Below are positions 54,492 to 64,000 of a stretch of DNA of 64,000 bases, in pieces. A program made the translations under genes and the position numbers. The notes under the pieces are model-generated. The model was not told the DNA's origin. It saw nothing but the letters and a program-made list of their open reading frames with translations, and did not search any database. Each line of letters begins with the position of its first letter. Within the stretch, counting starts at the first letter, position 1. The stretch covers positions 64,001 to 128,000 of the forward strand of contig CBDAOB010000001.1 in NCBI GenBank assembly GCA_965197905.1, read 5' to 3'. The DNA comes from Candidatus Latescibacterota bacterium (GTDB lineage Bacteria; Latescibacterota; UBA2968; UBA8231).

Positions 54492-56135
54492 ATGTTTGCT
54501 AAATTGATACCGATCCTTGCGATCTGCCTCGGTTGCGGAAGCGCCCTGCCGCCGCCGCCGTCGGCGGCCTTTCCCGATCCCGCCCGCCCACTGGCGAAAC
54601 CAAAACGGCGCAAATCGCGTTTGGTCGTAGAGATCATCGATAAGAGCTTCGACTACCAGATCAGTCAGGTGCTGGATCTTCCGCGCATGGGGAGGAGGTT
54701 GATCGGCCGCCCGTATGAAGCGCTCAACGTGGACGAATTTGATGAGGTGTCCAACTCCGCCTGGTTCACCAACCGCAACGGCGTAGAGCCGCTTTCGCCG
54801 CAAGCCATCAGCCGCGGTCCCAATCGATCGAACGGACCCGACATGTCAGCGCCGTGGAAAGTGGTAGCAATCAAATCCGCTGGCGTGACGCCTGGAATGA
54901 CCATTCTCGACGGCAGGGACGACCGGTATATCATCAAGTTCGACCCGCCCGACTTTCCGCAGCTTGCCAGCGCCGCCGAGGTGGTCGCCGCTCGACTGCT
55001 CCATGCCGCCGGCTACAACGTGCCCGAAAACTACATCACCTACGTGGAGAAACGGCGACTCACGTTGGAGTCGGAGGCGAGGCTTACGGTCACCACCAAC
55101 GATTCGCGACCGCCCATCAGCTCGCGCTCGGTGCGCAGAGTCGATCTGGAGGGGCTCCTCGAACGTGCAGGCAGCGACGGCGGCCCCATACGAGTCCTGG
55201 CCAGTCGCTTTCTCGAAGGCATACCGATCGGTCCGTGGTCCTACACCGGGGTTCGGCGGGACGATCCGAACGACATCTACGCCCATGAGCATCGACGGGA
55301 AATTCGCGGCTTCTACGTCATTGCCTCCTGGCTCAACCACGCCGACATGAAGGAGGAGAACACGCTGGACATGTATGACCCGAAAACAAAGCAAGTAACA
55401 CACTACCTCATCGACTTCGGCGCCTCCATGGGCAGCAACAGCACCCACGCTAGCAATCCGCGACGCGGACAGGCAAACAGCTTGGATGTGAGAGACTCGC
55501 TCACGCGCCTGTTTTCCCTGGGGCTCTACGTTCACAACTACGAGAAGGCTCCCCGAACGGTATTCCACCCCTCGGTCGGATATCTCGACAATCGGCTTTT
55601 CAAAGCCGATCGCTGGAAGCCGATGTACCCGGTGCCGGCCTTCGAGAACATGACCAACCGCGACGCGTTCTGGGGTGCCGCCATCGTGACCTCTTTCTCG
55701 AAGGCTCAGATTGAAGCGGCGGTGGCGGCGGCGGAGTTGTCCGAACCGAAAGCCGCCCAGGGATTGGTAAACTTCCTAGCCGAGCGCCGCGATCGCGTGG
55801 GGGCGTACTGGTTTAGCCGGCTCAACGCGCTGACCAGGTTTCAGATCGAGAATGGAGACCGATTGAGCGGATCGGACCTGGCGGTGACCCGAGGTTATGC
55901 GGCTACGCAGGAGACCCGTTATCGAATCCGCGTCTGGTCCGACGGCCGACAGCTACTCCAACTGGAGAACCTCGAACCGACGTTGACATTGGAGACGAGC
56001 TGGCAGAAGCTGGGTTCGGTGGCCGTCTCGTTTCTGCCGCTCAGGGTGAACCGAGAATCTCCCAAACCAGTATGGGTCTATCTCAATTCTACGGCGGGCA
56101 GGTGGAAATTGGCAGGGTTGCGGCGGTTGGACTAG
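54492..56135 (+). CDS. Exported (possible lipoprotein) atypical protein-kinase-like protein
   Basis: Signal peptide ending LGC; AGVTPG loop, YIIKFD (Lys), AAEVV (Glu), HADMKEEN catalytic loop, YLIDFG. Confidence 0.72.
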   Translation: MFAKLIPILAICLGCGSALPPPPSAAFPDPARPLAKPKRRKSRLVVEIIDKSFDYQISQVLDLPRMGRRLIGRPYEALNVDEFDEVSNSAWFTNRNGVEPLSPQAISRGPNRSNGPDMSAPWKVVAIKSAGVTPGMTILDGRDDRYIIKFDPPDFPQLASAAEVVAARLLHAAGYNVPENYITYVEKRRLTLESEARLTVTTNDSRPPISSRSVRRVDLEGLLERAGSDGGPIRVLASRFLEGIPIGPWSYTGVRRDDPNDIYAHEHRREIRGFYVIASWLNHADMKEENTLDMYDPKTKQVTHYLIDFGASMGSNSTHASNPRRGQANSLDVRDSLTRLFSLGLYVHNYEKAPRTVFHPSVGYLDNRLFKADRWKPMYPVPAFENMTNRDAFWGAAIVTSFSKAQIEAAVAAAELSEPKAAQGLVNFLAERRDRVGAYWFSRLNALTRFQIENGDRLSGSDLAVTRGYAATQETRYRIRVWSDGRQLLQLENLEPTLTLETSWQKLGSVAVSFLPLRVNRESPKPVWVYLNSTAGRWKLAGLRRLD

Positions 56136-56196
56136 CAGCCGGCTGTGAATGCCATGACGCCGAGTTCTTGGAATTCGGTACAAGTCCCTGTGCGTG

Positions 56197-58181
56197 CTAG
56201 ACGGTTTCCTGCAATCCCACCGGCAGAACAACCGTGAAGGTAGTGCCTTCCCCGACCTTGCTTTCCACGTCGATGCGACCTTTGTGATCGGCCATGATCT
56301 GTTGACAGATCGCCAGTCCCAGCCCGGTTCCGGTGGCGGCGCCTTTGGTGGTAAACCCCGACTCGAAGATCCTCGCCAGGCTGTCGGGCTCGATGCCCGA
56401 TCCGGTGTCGCTGATGCTGACGCATGCCTCGCCGTCCCGCAAAAACGTAGCGACGCGAATAGTCCCTTTGCCGTCGATGGCCTGCTGAGCATTGTTGAGG
56501 ATATTCAGGAATACCTGGTTGAGACGACTCGGATAACAAGCGATTGCCGGAAGTTCGGCGTACTCTTTCACGACTTCGATTCTGTTCTTGATGTCATGAT
56601 GCACGAGCATCAGGGTGTCGTTTAGACCGTCGTGAATATCTACCTCGGTCAGGTGATCGTGATCGAGGCGGGCGAAATTTCGAAGACTGCGAACGATCGT
56701 AGTCACTCTGGATGTCCCCGTCTCGATGACCCGATTGCTGTCTTCGATAATCTTCAAAACACCCTGTAACCCCATGTGTTCCTTGCAGTCCTTCGGAAAG
56801 TCCCGCTCGATGGTCGACTTGAGCTTTCCAACTGCTCGCACCAGGGTATCGTGCATGCTATGGATGGCACCGACGGGGGTGTTGATCTCATGAGCGATGC
56901 CGGCCACCAGGTTTCCCAACGCCGCCATCTTTTCGGATTGCAGCAGCTGGGTATGCGCATCGCTGATCTGTTGGAGGTCACCCATGCGGCGAAAACCCTC
57001 CGACAGCACAGCCGCCAGCTCCTTCAGCACCTCCAGCACCTGCTCCGAATAGGCATTCGGCTCGTCGCTGGTCAACCGTAGTGTTCCTTCAGAGAACGGT
57101 ACGTCTACCACGGAACGAACGTCAACGTGGTGCGACTTCTCGAACGGATCCTCCGCCCCAAGGTCGTCCCTGCATGAACACTCCTGCGACTGCCACATCT
57201 TGGTGAGCTCCCCCACCCCCTTCTCCGAGTCCGACACTAGCCATTGACCCTGGCGACTCATACTGCGGGACTTTACCACCGGCGGCTCCACTGTCGTGTC
57301 GATGACGTTGATGCCGCATTCCAGATATTCGATCGCCAGCTGCTCCAACCCCTCCCCGATCGCCGCCAACACATTGGCGATGTCGTCAGCGTCTACCATC
57401 TTCCACACCTCCTCGCGCACGCGTTGCATAACGCCACCGCGCAGTTCGGTGCGTTTGCGCTCGGTAATATCGCGGGCAAACCCCACGTGGCAGAGTACCT
57501 CGCCGTTGTCGTTTTTCACCGGAAAAGCCAGCAGTTCGATATCGATCCACCGCCCCACTTTGGTCTGACTGCGAATCTCACCGCGGAAGCTGCCTTTTTC
57601 CCAGATTTCCTTACCAACCCGCTCGAAGGTCTCTTGATCGGTGTGTAGGGCGGGGGTATGCCCTGCCAGCTCTTCGTCGGTGTAACCCAGCATCTCTCGA
57701 TGCGCCAGGTTCTGCTCGATGTAGTTTCTATTGGCGTCGAGAATCACCACGGCGTCCTGGGTATTGGTGACAATCTCTTTGTAGAGCAGCAAGTTGTCTT
57801 CTAGTTGCTTGCGCTCGGTCACGTCCCGGGCGATGCCTTCATTGCGCACGAACTCGCCATTCTCGAAAATAAGGCGGCGGTTGCCTCGAAGAACTTTACC
57901 TCGCCTCCTTTGGCGAGCATGCGAAACTCGAATCGCCTCACTTCCTGGTCCTGCTTGCTCATGGCCTCTTCGAGGCCCGCTTTCATCTGCGCTTGATCGT
58001 CCGGGTGGATGAATTGGAGCGCGGAGACCCCGATCAGCTCGGCCCGCGAGTATCCGAGGATGTCTTCGGCGGCTTTATTCAGGCTCACAAAGGCGCCCTT
58101 GCCGTCGAGGGCGTAGACGATGTCCGGAACATTCTCCGTCCCCGGCAGGAGCTGTTCGTGCATTTTGCTCATTCGATCCAC
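56197..58181 (-). CDS. PAS-PAS-GAF-like sensor histidine kinase (NtrB type); frameshift at ~57882
   Basis: Two PAS domains; QSEKMAALGNLVAGIAHEINTP, NQVFLNILNNA, DTGSGI, GTGLGL. ORFs 57819-58181 and 56197-57849 join as EANRRLIFENGEFVRNEGIARD. Confidence 0.9.
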
Positions 58182-58660
58182 TATGAAAACGCCTTCAGAA
58201 TCTCCTGCTGAATGCCCTGAAGATCGGAATACGCCTTGTTGATCTCCGAGATCTTCCGCTGCAGCTCCGTCGCCAGCCGGTGTTTCTCAAGACCGTTGCG
58301 GATGATGATCTGCAGCTGGTCGTTGTCCCACGGTTTTTCGATGTACTGGAACAGTCCTATGTCGTTTATCGCTTTGATGGCATTTTCTTTATCGGCGTAT
58401 CCGGTCAGTATGATGCGCGGTATCTGTGGCTTCACCTCTCTCACCTTGGCGAGAAAACTGATTCCGTCCATCTCCGGCATCAGGTAGTCGGAAATCACCA
58501 TGTCGACGCGATTGCCGTTGATGAAGTCGAGCGCCTCGCCTGGAGACAGGAACGTCTTTACCTCGTATTCGGTCTCGAGCATCAAGAAAGAGCTGAGAAT
58601 GGTGAGCACCATCTCTTCATCGTCGACGAGTACTATGGTTTCGTTGCTGCCTTCCAACAT
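58181..58660 (-). CDS. Response regulator receiver plus coiled coil
   Basis: LVDDE, SDYLMP.MDG, ILTGYAD, EKPWD. Confidence 0.92.
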   Translation of the reverse strand: MLEGSNETIVLVDDEEMVLTILSSFLMLETEYEVKTFLSPGEALDFINGNRVDMVISDYLMPEMDGISFLAKVREVKPQIPRIILTGYADKENAIKAINDIGLFQYIEKPWDNDQLQIIIRNGLEKHRLATELQRKISEINKAYSDLQGIQQEILKAFS

Positions 58661-58685
58661 GTATTACTCCTGTCTTACCAGCGTA

Positions 58686-59120
58686 CTAGGAACCGGGGGC
58701 ACCGACTCGGCCCAGCAATCCACGCACGCGATCTACCAACGCCTTGAGAACTCCCTGGGTGATCGCCACGTTGTCGGCAAGCAGGTCGATGAAATCTTCC
58801 TTGTTCAACCGCAGCAGACGCACGTCCTCCAACGGCGTCGCCGCAGTGACTCTGGGCTCGTCGTCAAAGAGCGCCCATGTACCGAACGGCTCCCCGGGAC
58901 CGACCACGTTAATCTCCAGATCAGACCGATGTAATCGCACCTTGCCTTCTAATACGACGAACATGGAGTCAGCTGGATCCTGCTCGCTGAAAATCGCTTG
59001 TCCCTTGGGGTGATCTTCCTCTTCGAGGATCGCTGCGAGGTAGGCCAGTTGTTCCGTCGACACCTCTGAAAAGACATCGACGCTCTGCAGGGAAATTACC
59101 TTTTCAATCGTAGTCAGCAT
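58686..59120 (-). CDS. Stand-alone cyclic-nucleotide-binding domain protein
   Basis: MLTTIEKVISLQSVDVFS, IFSEQD..SMFVVLEGKV, FGTWALFDDEPR; no HTH. Confidence 0.9.
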   Translation of the reverse strand: MLTTIEKVISLQSVDVFSEVSTEQLAYLAAILEEEDHPKGQAIFSEQDPADSMFVVLEGKVRLHRSDLEINVVGPGEPFGTWALFDDEPRVTAATPLEDVRLLRLNKEDFIDLLADNVAITQGVLKALVDRVRGLLGRVGAPGS

Positions 59121-59220
59121 ACGGGGGCATTGTACAGGTTCGCCGTACGAGTGTCAATGATTCCAGAATATACGAGAGCGCGCTTGACGGCGCTCACCGT
59201 CGGTTCGGCCGCTGGGGGAG

Positions 59221-61944
59221 CTAAGCCGAGGTCCGCAGCACCATCTCCGCGGTTTCGCGTACGACCTGGTTGGCATCGTTGCGCGCCAGCCTTACCAGCT
59301 CTTCCTTACCGCTGGCGGCCCCTTCGGTAGTGCTGAACAGCGAACAAGCGCGCAACCACGGATCCCGATTATTTACCAGAAATGCCAGCACTTCCTGCTC
59401 GCCACTCATTCGGGCGTTAAAGGTTCTCTCCCCATGATCGATCGCGGCATCGACTGAAAGTGGATCGAGCAAAGGGATGAGCTGTTCCTTGAGGTGACGA
59501 TCAAGGAGATTGTCGAGGAACTCGATGGCGCTGGCCCGTGTAGACCGGTTGCCGCTGACAAGACCCAGATAGGCGAAGTACATGTCCTGCGCATCGAACT
59601 GCAACCCCAGCAGCCTGAAAATTCGCTCCGTGTTCTGATCCTGTTTCTCCTTCAGCGCGCGCTTGAGCAACTGCAGTGCGTGGCGTCCGTCGCGATCTTC
59701 GTAAAAATGGATCGCCTGTAGTAGGTCGAAATAAGCTCTGAGCGCCCGTTGCAAAAGCTGGTCGATCAACCCCCGATCGAACTCGAGACCATCGCCCCTG
59801 CTACGCAGTTTGCTCAACGATTTAATGAGGGCGAACTGCAACTGAGGTTCCACCTCGTCCAGCATACTCAACAGCAGGTCTACCGATTCCTGTTCGGCCA
59901 CCTGCCCCATGATGCGGGCACCGTTAACGCGATCGCCGTACTCTGCTTCTGCGTCCCTCACAATGGCCGCAACGGGCTCGAGAGCGTCGGACCCGTACTG
60001 GGCGAGAGCGCGCCGCGCCGCCAGTCGGTAGCGCCGGTCTCCCATCTTCTCCAGGAGCAATGGAAGAAAGTGAGGATCGCGCAGTCCACCCATGCTCAGT
60101 ATCATCTCTTCGACGACGGCGGGTTCGGGGTCGTTGAGGAACTGGGTAATGATTTCGTTGAGGTACGGCCGACCGTTTCGCTGCAGACTGGAGACGATCC
60201 TGGCGGCTTGAACCCGTTCGCTCACACCTATGGGTCCCGAAGAGGCGATGTGATGGCGAATCAACTCCTCGTCGACCAGCTGGTTCTCCTCCTCCGTACC
60301 GTATCTAGCGATGCAGCCGATAGCCGCCGACCGCAACAGGCCGTCATCGCTGTTCACTGCATTTTCGAAACACTGCTGCCGTGGTTCCCCTCCATGCACA
60401 CTGAGGTAATGCAACGCCTCGATCCTTACATCCAGTTCGCCATCCTGAGTCAGGGGTCTGACATCCTCGGGTGATATGGCAACCTCTTGACCCAAAAGAA
60501 CCTTCAAGGCCTTTTGTCGCACCACCCCGGAAGAATGTTGCAGCAGTCGGCGCGAAGGTTCCACTAGACGGCGGGCCCTGACCGCGGACAGCATGTCCAG
60601 CGCGTAATCCAGCTGTCGTTCATTCTCGCTTTCCAGGGAGGCAACCAGACTGTCCAGCGCCGCCGCCTCGTTGATATCGACGGTCAGCTCCCCGACGTCG
60701 ATCTCCCGTTTTTCCAGCGCTTGACGGAAGCTGTTCACGTAGGCCCCGCGTCCATGAAAGACCAACGCCATCCACAGCGCGATCAGCGCCAGCGAGAGAA
60801 AGCTGAGATGCTGATACGAAACCCCGAATACGGAAATTGCCAGCAGCACCAGAACCGCACCGAGTCCGGTACAGAGGTTGTCTACAGTCGTATCCAACAG
60901 CACCTTCGTCCGCTGTTTTATCGCCGCCGGAATCGGCAGGAACAGAATCTCCACCGCGGATTTGTGGATCGAGTGCCGAAAACCGCCATCCCCCAGCTTT
61001 ACCAGGATACCGGCCATCAAACCCGGGATTGCCAGCAAGGCAACCGATCCGACTGCGAGACTCACCGGCAGGAACAAAAGCGCGGAAACCACACCGAACT
61101 TGCGCAGGAAACGGGGCGTTACGAACACCTGGAAGAGGAACGCTAGAGCGCTCAGATAGGCGAAGAACTGACCGAAGAACGCGGTCTTGGCATCCTTTGA
61201 GGGAAAAGCACGATCGGCGATGTCGTTGAACTGCACGTCGACGATTGCCGCAACTACGGCGACAAGGGCGGCCATTCCTGCCAGCAACCGCAGGAGATCA
61301 GAACCGCGCACGGTCGCCCAGACATTTTGGGTCGTCGCTTGTTTCTCGCTCGGGGCGGCCGCCTGTCTCGAGCGCACGAAGTAGAGCAGCAGTAAACTCG
61401 CCAGCAGCATGCCAGCGCAGACGATGAGCAGGTTCTCGGTGCCAACCCTGCTGACGATCCAGCTGGTCACCGCACCACCGGCGATGCCGGCAGCGCCGAT
61501 AAACCCGAACAGCCGTCTCGCCTCCCGGGCGTCGAACAGGGCGTTGGCCAAGAGCCAGAGCAGCGATGTCGCCATCAACCCGTAGATGTTTACCCACACG
61601 TAAAAGAGGTAGAAGCTCCACGCCCAGCCACGGGGCAGAACGAGCCAGAAGAGCAACAGGTTGCTCAGGAGAATCAGAAAAACGACCGGAATAATGCGGT
61701 CGAGCCGCGTGCGCTGCGAAAGACCCGCGAAAAGCACTGCAACACCCGCTCCGACGAACGCCACCAGGAGCAGCACGTAAGGCAGCTGCTCGACCCCCAG
61801 CTTATCGAGAAAGAGCGCGTTGCGGACCGGCTTTAGCACGTAGAGGGAAGCCATGACCAGTCCGTACGCCAAGGTCAGCGGCAGGATGCGTGGTAACTCC
61901 TGCCGGCGTAGATCGACGACGCTGCTCAGCAGCCTATGAATCAT
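59221..61944 (-). CDS. NTT/TLC-family (Npt1/Npt2-like) transporter fused to HEAT-like repeats
   Basis: N-terminal multi-TM domain (YVLKPVRNALFL, FDAREARRLFG, EILFLPI) followed by ~500 aa of HEAT-like repeats (DVRIEALHYL, DPWLRAC, VVRETA). Confidence 0.85.
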   Translation of the reverse strand: MIHRLLSSVVDLRRQELPRILPLTLAYGLVMASLYVLKPVRNALFLDKLGVEQLPYVLLLVAFVGAGVAVLFAGLSQRTRLDRIIPVVFLILLSNLLLFWLVLPRGWAWSFYLFYVWVNIYGLMATSLLWLLANALFDAREARRLFGFIGAAGIAGGAVTSWIVSRVGTENLLIVCAGMLLASLLLLYFVRSRQAAAPSEKQATTQNVWATVRGSDLLRLLAGMAALVAVVAAIVDVQFNDIADRAFPSKDAKTAFFGQFFAYLSALAFLFQVFVTPRFLRKFGVVSALLFLPVSLAVGSVALLAIPGLMAGILVKLGDGGFRHSIHKSAVEILFLPIPAAIKQRTKVLLDTTVDNLCTGLGAVLVLLAISVFGVSYQHLSFLSLALIALWMALVFHGRGAYVNSFRQALEKREIDVGELTVDINEAAALDSLVASLESENERQLDYALDMLSAVRARRLVEPSRRLLQHSSGVVRQKALKVLLGQEVAISPEDVRPLTQDGELDVRIEALHYLSVHGGEPRQQCFENAVNSDDGLLRSAAIGCIARYGTEEENQLVDEELIRHHIASSGPIGVSERVQAARIVSSLQRNGRPYLNEIITQFLNDPEPAVVEEMILSMGGLRDPHFLPLLLEKMGDRRYRLAARRALAQYGSDALEPVAAIVRDAEAEYGDRVNGARIMGQVAEQESVDLLLSMLDEVEPQLQFALIKSLSKLRSRGDGLEFDRGLIDQLLQRALRAYFDLLQAIHFYEDRDGRHALQLLKRALKEKQDQNTERIFRLLGLQFDAQDMYFAYLGLVSGNRSTRASAIEFLDNLLDRHLKEQLIPLLDPLSVDAAIDHGERTFNARMSGEQEVLAFLVNNRDPWLRACSLFSTTEGAASGKEELVRLARNDANQVVRETAEMVLRTSA

Positions 61945-61966
61945 GGTTTCTGTCTGGGATTTGTGG

Positions 61967-63370
61967 TCAGCTCGACAGCCCGGTTTCCTTTTCACCGAAG
62001 GACCTGCCCGCGTAGCGGGCGGCGGCGATCCAAACCACCAAGATTACAATGGTCGCCAGCGACAACCAGCGAATCGCCCCGAAGCCGGCAAAGAGGGTGA
62101 CAATCAACAGGTTGACGCCCACTGCCAGCGCCTTGGCGAAACGTTGTACGAACATGTCGATGAACGCCTTCGCTTTGTATTTCTCGTCGCGGGTAGTGGG
62201 AACGTACAATACCTCCTTGGCCGATTGGTTGATGGAATAGCTCAAGCCGTTGTCGGAGGTGTTTAGCAAGCTTCCGATCAGCAGAACCGGGGCGATGAGA
62301 AACCCCGCGGAGCCCAGCAGAGCCGCGACGGGCAGGAAGAGCAACGCGGTACCGACGCCAAAGCGAGTCATTACAAAACTGGTAAGCAGCAGCTGGACGA
62401 TCAGCGCCACCATGTTTGTGAAGGAGAAGACCCGCGGAAAGTGCTCGCCGATGGCGGCGCCTTCGAGGTGGTGGACCACTGCCGAAGTGAACTGGAAGTC
62501 CATGATCGTGGAAACCATCTCGTAGAGACCCACGATAGCCACGATCGACAACAGGTACTTCGAACGGAAGACCAGTCGGGCGCCTTCGAAAGCCGCATTC
62601 CCTTGCGGTTTCTCTTCCGACTTTGCCTCCACTTCCGCTTCCGGCGGTGGATTCTTGGCGACCACGCGGCCAGCGGCCATGGCTATGAGCGCGATGGCCA
62701 GAGCAATGCCGAGACAGACCCACATCCACAGAGAGGGACTCGAAGCCTTCACGTAGATACCGACCACCGAGCTCCCGAAGAATCCGCCAAGGACCCCGCC
62801 GAGCCCAATCAGTCCATACAACCTCTTGGCGGCGGCCGGCGCAACGCTGTCGTTGAGGAAGGCGAAGAAGCTCGCCACCATCAGGGTGCTGAACAGGTCG
62901 CCGAAGAGATAGAACGACCAGATAGTGAATGCACCGGGACTGTTCAGCAGGAAGCTGTACACCGCATACGCCAGCACGAAAAAAATGCTCAACGCATATG
63001 TAAGCTGCTGGCGACGCAGGGACCGGGCGAGGATCGTGAATATGGTCGCGGCGGCGAACGCCACCGCCATGTTCAACACCTTGGCAATCTGCTCTGCGCC
63101 TGGACCGTCGAGAACCCACCCAAACAGATCAAACGGAGTCGAGCTGTAGAACTCGAGGAAGGAGGTTTTCTTGATCGGTTTGAGAATCCAGAAGGTGGTG
63201 ATGACCAAAAAGAAATAGAGGAACATTAGCAGGGCTTGAGCCCGTTCTTCTGGGCGGAACCCTTTGATCTGTCGTCCGACGAGAACCAGAAAGATGAGCA
63301 CCAGCGGCCATTGGAGAGCCGCCACATAAGACATGAAGCTCTCAAAGAAAGCAAAACCTACCGATTCCAA
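61967..63370 (-). CDS. NTT/TLC-family ATP/ADP translocase-like transporter
   Basis: WILKPIKK, AKRLYGLIG, YSINQSAKEVLYVPT..KYKAKAFIDMFVQRFAK. Confidence 0.87.
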   Translation of the reverse strand: MESVGFAFFESFMSYVAALQWPLVLIFLVLVGRQIKGFRPEERAQALLMFLYFFLVITTFWILKPIKKTSFLEFYSSTPFDLFGWVLDGPGAEQIAKVLNMAVAFAAATIFTILARSLRRQQLTYALSIFFVLAYAVYSFLLNSPGAFTIWSFYLFGDLFSTLMVASFFAFLNDSVAPAAAKRLYGLIGLGGVLGGFFGSSVVGIYVKASSPSLWMWVCLGIALAIALIAMAAGRVVAKNPPPEAEVEAKSEEKPQGNAAFEGARLVFRSKYLLSIVAIVGLYEMVSTIMDFQFTSAVVHHLEGAAIGEHFPRVFSFTNMVALIVQLLLTSFVMTRFGVGTALLFLPVAALLGSAGFLIAPVLLIGSLLNTSDNGLSYSINQSAKEVLYVPTTRDEKYKAKAFIDMFVQRFAKALAVGVNLLIVTLFAGFGAIRWLSLATIVILVVWIAAARYAGRSFGEKETGLSS

Positions 63371-63380
63371 TGTGTCCCCC

Positions 63381-64000
63381 TTATTCCTGACGCCCGATAC
63401 CGGCTATCCGGAGCACTCCGGCACCGTCGGCATAGACATAAACGCGCGTGTATTTACTCCACCTTCCCGAGTTCTGACGCTGGGTGCGGATCTCGAAGCC
63501 GCGCACGACCATCGGTTTCAGCTCCAGATCCACCCTCCAGCGAGGTGACTCAGAGAGCTTGTCCACTCCGACGCGCCTGCCCCCGGCGTCGATGGCATGG
63601 TAGCGATAGCTAGCGGAGGAGGTCAACCCTCCCGCAACTGCCAGATCCGCGAAGCGCAGCTCGCCATCGACCACGACGAAACGATCCAACGGATTTACGC
63701 GTGCGAACCAGTATTTGCCAATCATGTCGCGGCGCTCCACCAACAATCGGGTGAGCTCGGCGGCGGCCCGCGGATCGGAATACTGGCCCATGGCCACCAT
63801 CGCTGCAATCTCCTCCTCGTTGAAGTTCATGAGGATTTTCGCTCCCCAATAGCCGTCGCGGTTGGTGCAGCGCTCGAAGGCCGGGTTGGGATAGGTAGGC
63901 ACCCAGCTGGCAGCGTCGAAGGTTTCGTTCTCGAAGTAACCCAGCTCGGGGTATTTCATGGGCAGCGGCTCTTCCCAGGGTTTGCGGTAGAACCCGAGAG
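63381..64000 (-). CDS. C-terminal part of a paralog of the kinase-like protein at 54492 (5' end outside the window)
   Basis: LGFYRKPW..PELGY..WVPTYPNPAFERCTNRDGYWGAKI..LVERRDMIGKYWFARVNPLDRF aligns by eye with LGLYVHNY..PSVGY..WKPMYPVPAFENMTNRDAFWGAAI..LAERRDRVGAYWFSRLNALTRF. The frame is open to the window edge. Confidence 0.85.
   Translation of the reverse strand, partial: LGFYRKPWEEPLPMKYPELGYFENETFDAASWVPTYPNPAFERCTNRDGYWGAKILMNFNEEEIAAMVAMGQYSDPRAAAELTRLLVERRDMIGKYWFARVNPLDRFVVVDGELRFADLAVAGGLTSSASYRYHAIDAGGRRVGVDKLSESPRWRVDLELKPMVVRGFEIRTQRQNSGRWSKYTRVYVYADGAGVLRIAGIGRQE

Overview
GC-rich bacterial chromosomal window, probably from an uncultured diderm organism (taxon not determined). 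About seven 1-bp frameshifts, mostly in homopolymer runs, look like long-read assembly errors. Left to right: (1) a strongly degenerate complex I-like operon nuoA-CD-E-F-G-H-J-K (minus strand) with no nuoB or nuoI at their usual positions and an ORF-less group II intron inside nuoH; (2) an intact Na+-NQR operon nqrABCDEF plus nqrM; (3) bioB, bioFDA, panB, an Ala/Gly symporter and a putative glycoside hydrolase; (4) a pyruvate dehydrogenase cluster with two aceE paralogs; (5) a TPR-lytic transglycosylase, DedA, mutY, two DmpA-like peptidases and a LeuB-family dehydrogenase; (6) a two-component/HDOD signalling cluster with rsmD and a eukaryote-type hisA; (7) an XRE + ImmA/IrrE protease switch; (8) catabolic enzymes; (9) at the right end, a POTRA-less Omp85 barrel, an exported atypical kinase-like protein and a partial paralog, two NTT (ATP/ADP translocase family) proteins (one fused to HEAT-like repeats), a cNMP-binding protein and a response regulator/histidine kinase pair. 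Region 9 is the best candidate for an undescribed system, possibly ATP supply for extracytoplasmic phosphorylation; the degenerate complex I is second. All family calls come from motif recognition by eye; no database searches were run.
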